NCBI RefSeq assembly: GCF_018977255.1
Contig: NW_024704743.1
Location: 115,942,001-116,006,000, forward strand
DNA: 64,000 nucleotides
Reading direction: 5' to 3'
DNA from: Callorhinchus milii
Lineage: Eukaryota
Both the position numbers and the translations under genes were made by a program. How positions within the stretch are numbered: the stretch's first letter is position 1; every line of letters begins with the position of its first letter. The notes under the pieces are model-generated. The model was not told the origin of the DNA and did not search any database. It was given only the letters and a program-made list of their open reading frames with translations. Shown here one piece after another: positions 62,188 to 64,000 of the stretch.

Positions 62188-64000
62188 GTTGGCCAGGGCA
62201 TTGGGAGGAACTGCCTTCTCCTTTCAGATGGGATTTTTAACCTGAGACCTCAGTTTAACGTCTCACCCAGTGATACAGCACCATAACCCCCAGTCGTGCA
62301 CTGATATATACTCTGGAGCAAATCCACACATGTGGGGCTTGAACCCAAAACCTTCTGGCCAAAAGCAAGAGTGCTACAAAGTGAGCCAGGCTGACACTTG
62401 TGACTGCGGTCATCAAATTAAATAATATGGTAAGAAATTTGCTATTTTTTTAAATGCGTTAAATTTATTTATGTAAAGTCATTAAAAATGTGTTTAAACA
62501 TACTCCTCACTAATTTCTCTACATGAGTAACTGAATGCCACTCTTCTCCTTGCTCCTAATAGCTTAGCATGCCTCCTCTTCCAAGAAATAATGCAGTTGC
62601 CATGTACATAACCTGTCTCTGTGCTAAAAACAGACCCCAAAAGAGGAAAAAAAGTAGTCTTAAATGTGAGGGAATATTTTTTCCAACAACCTTAAGTCTG
62701 CTGTGTTGCCACCTAAAGAAAACTTGATTAAAGAGAGTGTGGTGCAAGGTAGACAATGGAGGAATGTCTGAAAGTGTGCAATCATTTCAATTCACTAATC
62801 CGTCAAAAATAACTCTTTGTGCTCACTCCTGTTGGAGTAAGGAATTTTGATCGATGCTGTACTTGCACTTCCAAACTGCATGGGACGTCCTCCTGACATG
62901 TAATTTGTTGTTTTTGCATCCAGTGATTTGGGGGAAAACTTGGCTCTTTTTCTTCTTTTAGAATTAAAAACTTTTTTTTAAATATACTGGCAATGATGTT
63001 GTGTTGTGAAGTTGAGAGAAGATAGAGCGCTAGCAGTAGAAGGCTCTAAGATTGACTGATTGTACTGGGCTGAAGTGTGTGAAACACCTTTGCCTTTGGT
63101 GGGGAATAAAAGCAATATAAATAGTGAGGATTAGTGGCTATTTTAGGATGAATGCCAGTAGGTGGTACGTCTGCAGCAGTACTAAAGTTGTGCCTTTTGT
63201 ATTTTCTCCCATCTCTGTTTTTCTCTTCTCCTGGAGGCATTGACTCATGCTCACACCACATTCTGAGAACTCACTCGGGTGCTGTTTCTTCATGAATGAC
63301 CATGGGGGGTAGGGAGATGATGGGGAGTGGGGGTGGGGGAGTCATTGCTAAAATTAGAGATACTTTCCTTACCATTTTACCTGTATGATGGTGCCCAGTG
63401 GGTAATTTAACAGACAATTCAATCCCATACCAAATCTATCCCATTGTTATGTCCCCTTGGCTACATAAATAGACCAGTTGTAGGCTGTAAGTTTGTTTTG
63501 GTACAATTTTGCATGCTGCAAGATTACACGTATAGCCCTAAATTGAATAATCAGTTTCTGTGGAGGATTCTTAACTCGGTCAGGACCATAACATCTTTAA
63601 CATCCATTGGAACAGGTAGACGAAACTTTCGTTTGACATCTCATCCAAAGGGCAGAATAGTTTTAACAGAGCAGTAGAGACAAAGAGAACAAGTGACGCA
63701 GTGAGTGGGTGGGGATGTGAAGGGAGAGTGAGGCAGGGAATGGAAATGAGGTGAATACAAATATAAGAATTGAAAACTGTTTCAAAGATTACATTAACAT
63801 TGGGTGTAATCAGACAAATGATAGTTATGCTTATGTGTACATTGCATTTCATTATGTCACTTTGTGAAGTGGAAATGTAAATTGTTGGAGGAGACACAAC
63901 TATTTCGTATGTATATAACATATATATTGTACATAGAGTATATGCAGTAGTTAATTCAAATCTTCTAGGTGACCTTTTGCAGTAATGACTCCAAGAATTT

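Larger units (their letters stand above)
24502..64000 (+). other. Probable intron 1 of the PTPR gene (continues beyond the window)
   Basis: Strong GTAAGA donor. No exon encoding the MAM-domain start (GGCxFDEP...) was recognised downstream, and R2B PTP first introns are known to be very large. Confidence 0.55.

Overview
Eukaryotic, repeat-rich vertebrate genomic DNA. The SINE/LINE repertoire (DeuSINE/SacSINE1-like, AmnSINE2-like, CR1 and L2 with (TTG)n/(ATT)n tails) points to a cartilaginous fish, possibly a chimaera; this is inference. Two protein-coding loci are supported, both on the + strand. The first is an intronless LRRC30-like leucine-rich-repeat CDS (3404-4300). The second is the first coding exon (signal peptide, 24414-24501, phase-1 GT donor) of a type IIB receptor tyrosine phosphatase, most likely PTPRM given the known LRRC30-PTPRM synteny. 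No exon 2 was recognised, so about 24.5-64 kb is probably intron 1. The rest consists of L2/CR1 fragments, several tRNA-derived SINE families, a Tc1/mariner-type MITE, a palindromic MITE-like family, a Gypsy integrase fossil, a possible solo LTR and mini/microsatellites. The most notable structures are: a 111-bp near-perfect inverted duplication whose transition mismatches are all G:U-compatible on the sense strand; a tail-to-tail young SINE pair; a pre-miRNA-sized fold-back inside a DeuSINE; a ~530-bp local duplication; a 19-bp promoter minisatellite; and modular SINE evolution (head/core swap on a shared L2 tail, plus a young deletion subfamily). I see no CRISPR or prokaryote-like system and no demonstrably new pathway. 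Repeat-family names come from recalled consensus motifs, not database searches.
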